Position numbers and translations under genes: made by a program. The notes beneath the pieces were generated by a model, which searched no databases, was not told the origin of the DNA, and saw only the letters and a program-made list of their open reading frames with translations. From Takakia lepidozioides (taxonomy: Eukaryota > Plantae > Bryophyta), in NCBI GenBank assembly GCA_030704615.1, contig CM060733.1:8122001-8186000 (forward strand): a DNA stretch of 64,000 nt, read 5' to 3'. The first letter of the stretch is position 1. The number at the start of each line of letters is the position of its first letter. Below are positions 61,482 to 64,000 of this stretch, piece after piece.

Positions 61482-63111
61482 AGATTTTATTGATCAACCA
61501 CGTCTGTGATTCAATGTTTATTTTTTATTGGTTTTTTTATAGGTTGTATTGTTTTTCTAGAAAAACTGTTGTGTACTGTGATTTCCTTTTCAATCTGAAT
61601 TGATATGGAATTGTTTGCTATTTCCTAGTCTCATCCATGCATTTCTCCACCCTATACCATCCCGATCCTCTGAGATACAGGCCTTCTCCAAAACTCGTCT
61701 CGAGGGTTTTTTCAAATCCAACAAACTCCACTGTGCAGTGGAGGTTATCCCGTGTCTGTACAATGACCTTGTAAGTTCGTTTCTGCAGGTTCATGGTGAT
61801 GCTGCTGATGCCAACTTCTTGTCAGGACCTCCATTGGAATCCTCCATATCAAAAATTCGTCTACAGAGGGACAACATTCACACTACTGTTGAGATTTCTG
61901 TCATCGACGGTGAAGCATCATCCAGGCACTTGGCTTCCCTTCAATTGCACGACCCTCTTCTTCAGTCCATTCCTGAAAAAGATGTTCTGTCGCATAATTG
62001 TTTAGGATTAAATGTTGAAGATGGAAGCCAACTTGACAAATGTGCAGGGGATTTCGTGGACCTCACTCTACAATCCTCACCCTCCGTGTTAAGTGTCACT
62101 GATGTGAAATCTACCTCGAGAATGTCATCCGTTGAGGACGCGGCTGCGGCTACGGCTCCGCAACACAATGTTGCATCTTTTCCCTTCTTCTCTCCCCAGC
62201 ACGAAGGTTGGACAGCCCAAATCAGAAGGAGTTAGGTAAAATTACTTATATCTGAATTCTAACTCGTCCTTTTGTTTTCCTTAGTACTGGGTCTGATGTT
62301 CTTGTTTTACTCCAGGACAGAAAATCTGCGGATTGTGACCTTCCTGACAAACGACGTCTTCATTGGAAATCTGTTCCGAGGTAATCCCTTCGTTACGTGT
62401 GAATTCCATTCAAGATGTGGAGTGCTCAAGGGACAATTTCCATTCCGTTCCCCTTCTCCGAAACCCTTTCGACGAGGACAAGGACGAAACTTCAATTGCA
62501 ACTTCTGGGCTTCCCGACCCTGCAATGTTGGCGCAATGTTCTGCACCGAGGAAGCGGAATAGGGCCCCCAAACCATTTCCATCTCTTCTACAAATCGGTT
62601 CCACCGGAAAGAAGTCCTTCGTCAGAGACAAAGCAGACTCGAGGAAGAAAAGGAATACCTCGGATATACCGGGGTCTCATCAAAACACGTCCATTGGGAT
62701 GCCAAGCCCGCCAGCGAGACTTTCCAATAAGGCGACATCGGTATTATTCGATATCATTTCTCCACTTTTTTCTTTTTTTTGTTCGTTTGGTTATGCACTA
62801 ATTAACTCCATCTTTTTTTCAACAGGCGGGGATGCAGCACAATACCTTCATCAATTTCCCTCCGTACAAGGTACTTTCCTGAACCTCCACTTGGCAGTCG
62901 ACGTTCCTCTTTTTAGCAATATTCACCCTCTTCTTGAAACATTCCAAGCCCACAACATTGTGCACTATTTTGCCATTTTCTGCACAATCGAGTGATCTTC
63001 ATTACACTCAATCATTCTGGGTCGTGGGTATTTTTCATGGCAGAAACACTAATGTCAGTGTGTGATTAACCTGCTCAGGATAATTTTGTCTCTCATCCTT
63101 TACATGCAATA

Positions 63112-63830
63112 GCGGGGAAGAGGAAACGGATGTTGTTAATTTTGAGTGTCAACGGACTCCTCTGCTACCGGCCACCCCCAACCGGCGGTGAACTGTTTAA
63201 GGAGAAATTTCGTTTTAGGAATGTGACACTTCAAGTTCCTGACAGACCGTTTGTGGTGCCTTGGCCTGGAGTCTTGGAGTTTCTGGACCTTGCATTGAAG
63301 CATTTTCACGTGGCCATTTGGTCATGTACTGATAGAGGTGTTCTTTGTAGGATGTTGGAGAGCTTCGTCCCCACGAAAATAGCGAAGAAGTTTTCCTTCA
63401 TATGGTCTGCTGAGGATTGTAAGGATACCACCGGTTACATCAGGCCGGGGATGAAATATCTCGTGAAGGATATTCGAAGTGTTATTGTCAGGTACCCTGG
63501 TAGACCGTTTGCTACGCAGGGGCAAATACTTCATGTAGATGATGAGCCATCAAAAGGCCTGCGAAACCCACAAAATACTGGATTCTTCCCTTTCTCATTC
63601 AAGCCTTCACCAAACGGATTGCATGACCGGGATTATATGACAAAAGCAGTGTGGCCATATATATCGGAGATGGCTGGAGCTTCAACAGTCGTTGATTACA
63701 TTAACGAGAACCGGGCAAAGTGTTCTCATAAGCCTATTGGTCGAAACCATGCCTGCTGGGGCGGGTATGGAAGATATCTTGATCCTCGCATTTGGATCCC
63801 ACAACAAAAGGAACCTGATTACCTTGGTAG
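63112..63830 (+). CDS. FCP1/NIF-like HAD domain, copy 3 (open exon)
   Basis: LLILSVNGLLC..PWPGVLEFLDLALKHFHVAIWSC..FIWSAEDC..LVKDI..ILHVDDEPSKGLRNPQNTGFFPFSF. The nucleophile Asp position is Ser. Confidence 0.75.
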
Positions 63831-64000
63831 GCACGTGGATCCCACTCTTCTCTTGTTTGTTCATAATTTGATTTTCCAATTCTTTTGCAGCTGCATTTGC
63901 ACTCTTACCTCAACATATCCATATGCAAAACTTCCACTTTGGGCCTAACATTTGTCATTTCCATCGCTTGTCCCCAGTTACATTCAAGGAGGCAGTACAT

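Larger units (their letters stand above)
41565..62905. repeat. Dispersed 24-bp palindrome AACCTCCACTG-GG-CAGTGGAGGTT, at least 12 copies
   Basis: Copies start at 41565, 42989, 43937, 44139, 55322 (partial), 55447, 55714, 56839, 59659, 60693, 61723 and 62882. Confidence 0.92.
32400..64000. mobile_element. Giant decayed DNA-transposon-like element with divergent gene arms; boundaries uncertain, runs off the window
   Basis: Transposase arm (-) and ParB/MTase-like/FCP1-like arm (+) share a 24-bp palindrome not seen elsewhere in the window. Both arms are similarly decayed. Removing the TSD-bounded CACTA insertions leaves a short divergent intergenic region. No TIR or TSD identified. Confidence 0.55.

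Noticed and set aside
41565-62905. 24-bp palindromes as CRISPR repeats or rho-independent terminators
   Set aside because: Spacing is irregular (about 0.1 to 11 kb), there are no U-tracts, and many copies lie in spliceosomal introns.

Overview
Eukaryotic nuclear DNA from a land plant, probably a non-seed, bryophyte-like lineage (inferred from gene content, GT-AG introns and PLS-type PPRs). The left ~25 kb is gene-bearing. It holds tRNA-derived SINE copies, tRNA-Ser(GCU), an intronless GT37 fucosyltransferase, a decayed L1 LINE with a 10-bp TSD, an internally deleted SDR pseudogene, an intact 9-exon PRD1 and a 6-exon VPS24/CHMP3 with a hAT element in its last intron. Next come a 3.2-kb foldback element and a PLS-E PPR pseudogene (to ~32.2 kb). 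From ~32.4 kb to the end of the window is a decayed, very large DNA-transposon-like element with two divergent arms. The minus arm has an ORF with Pol II CTD-like heptads and a Sola-like transposase (motif DN..KDNKN..GHTHEDID). The plus arm has Tnp1/En-Spm-like domains, a ParB/Srx-like domain, a degenerate beta-class N4/N6 DNA methyltransferase-like domain, Ser-Pro repeats and three FCP1/NIF HAD phosphatase-fold domains. At least 12 copies of one 24-bp palindrome (AACCTCCACTGGGCAGTGGAGGTT) are scattered through this element and were not seen outside it. Three CACTA insertions interrupt the element; two are complete, with 3-bp TSDs, and lie in inverted orientation. All three carry fragments of an apparent chimeric OSB PDF-motif plus PLS-PPR gene. 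All domain calls are by eye from motifs, with no database search.
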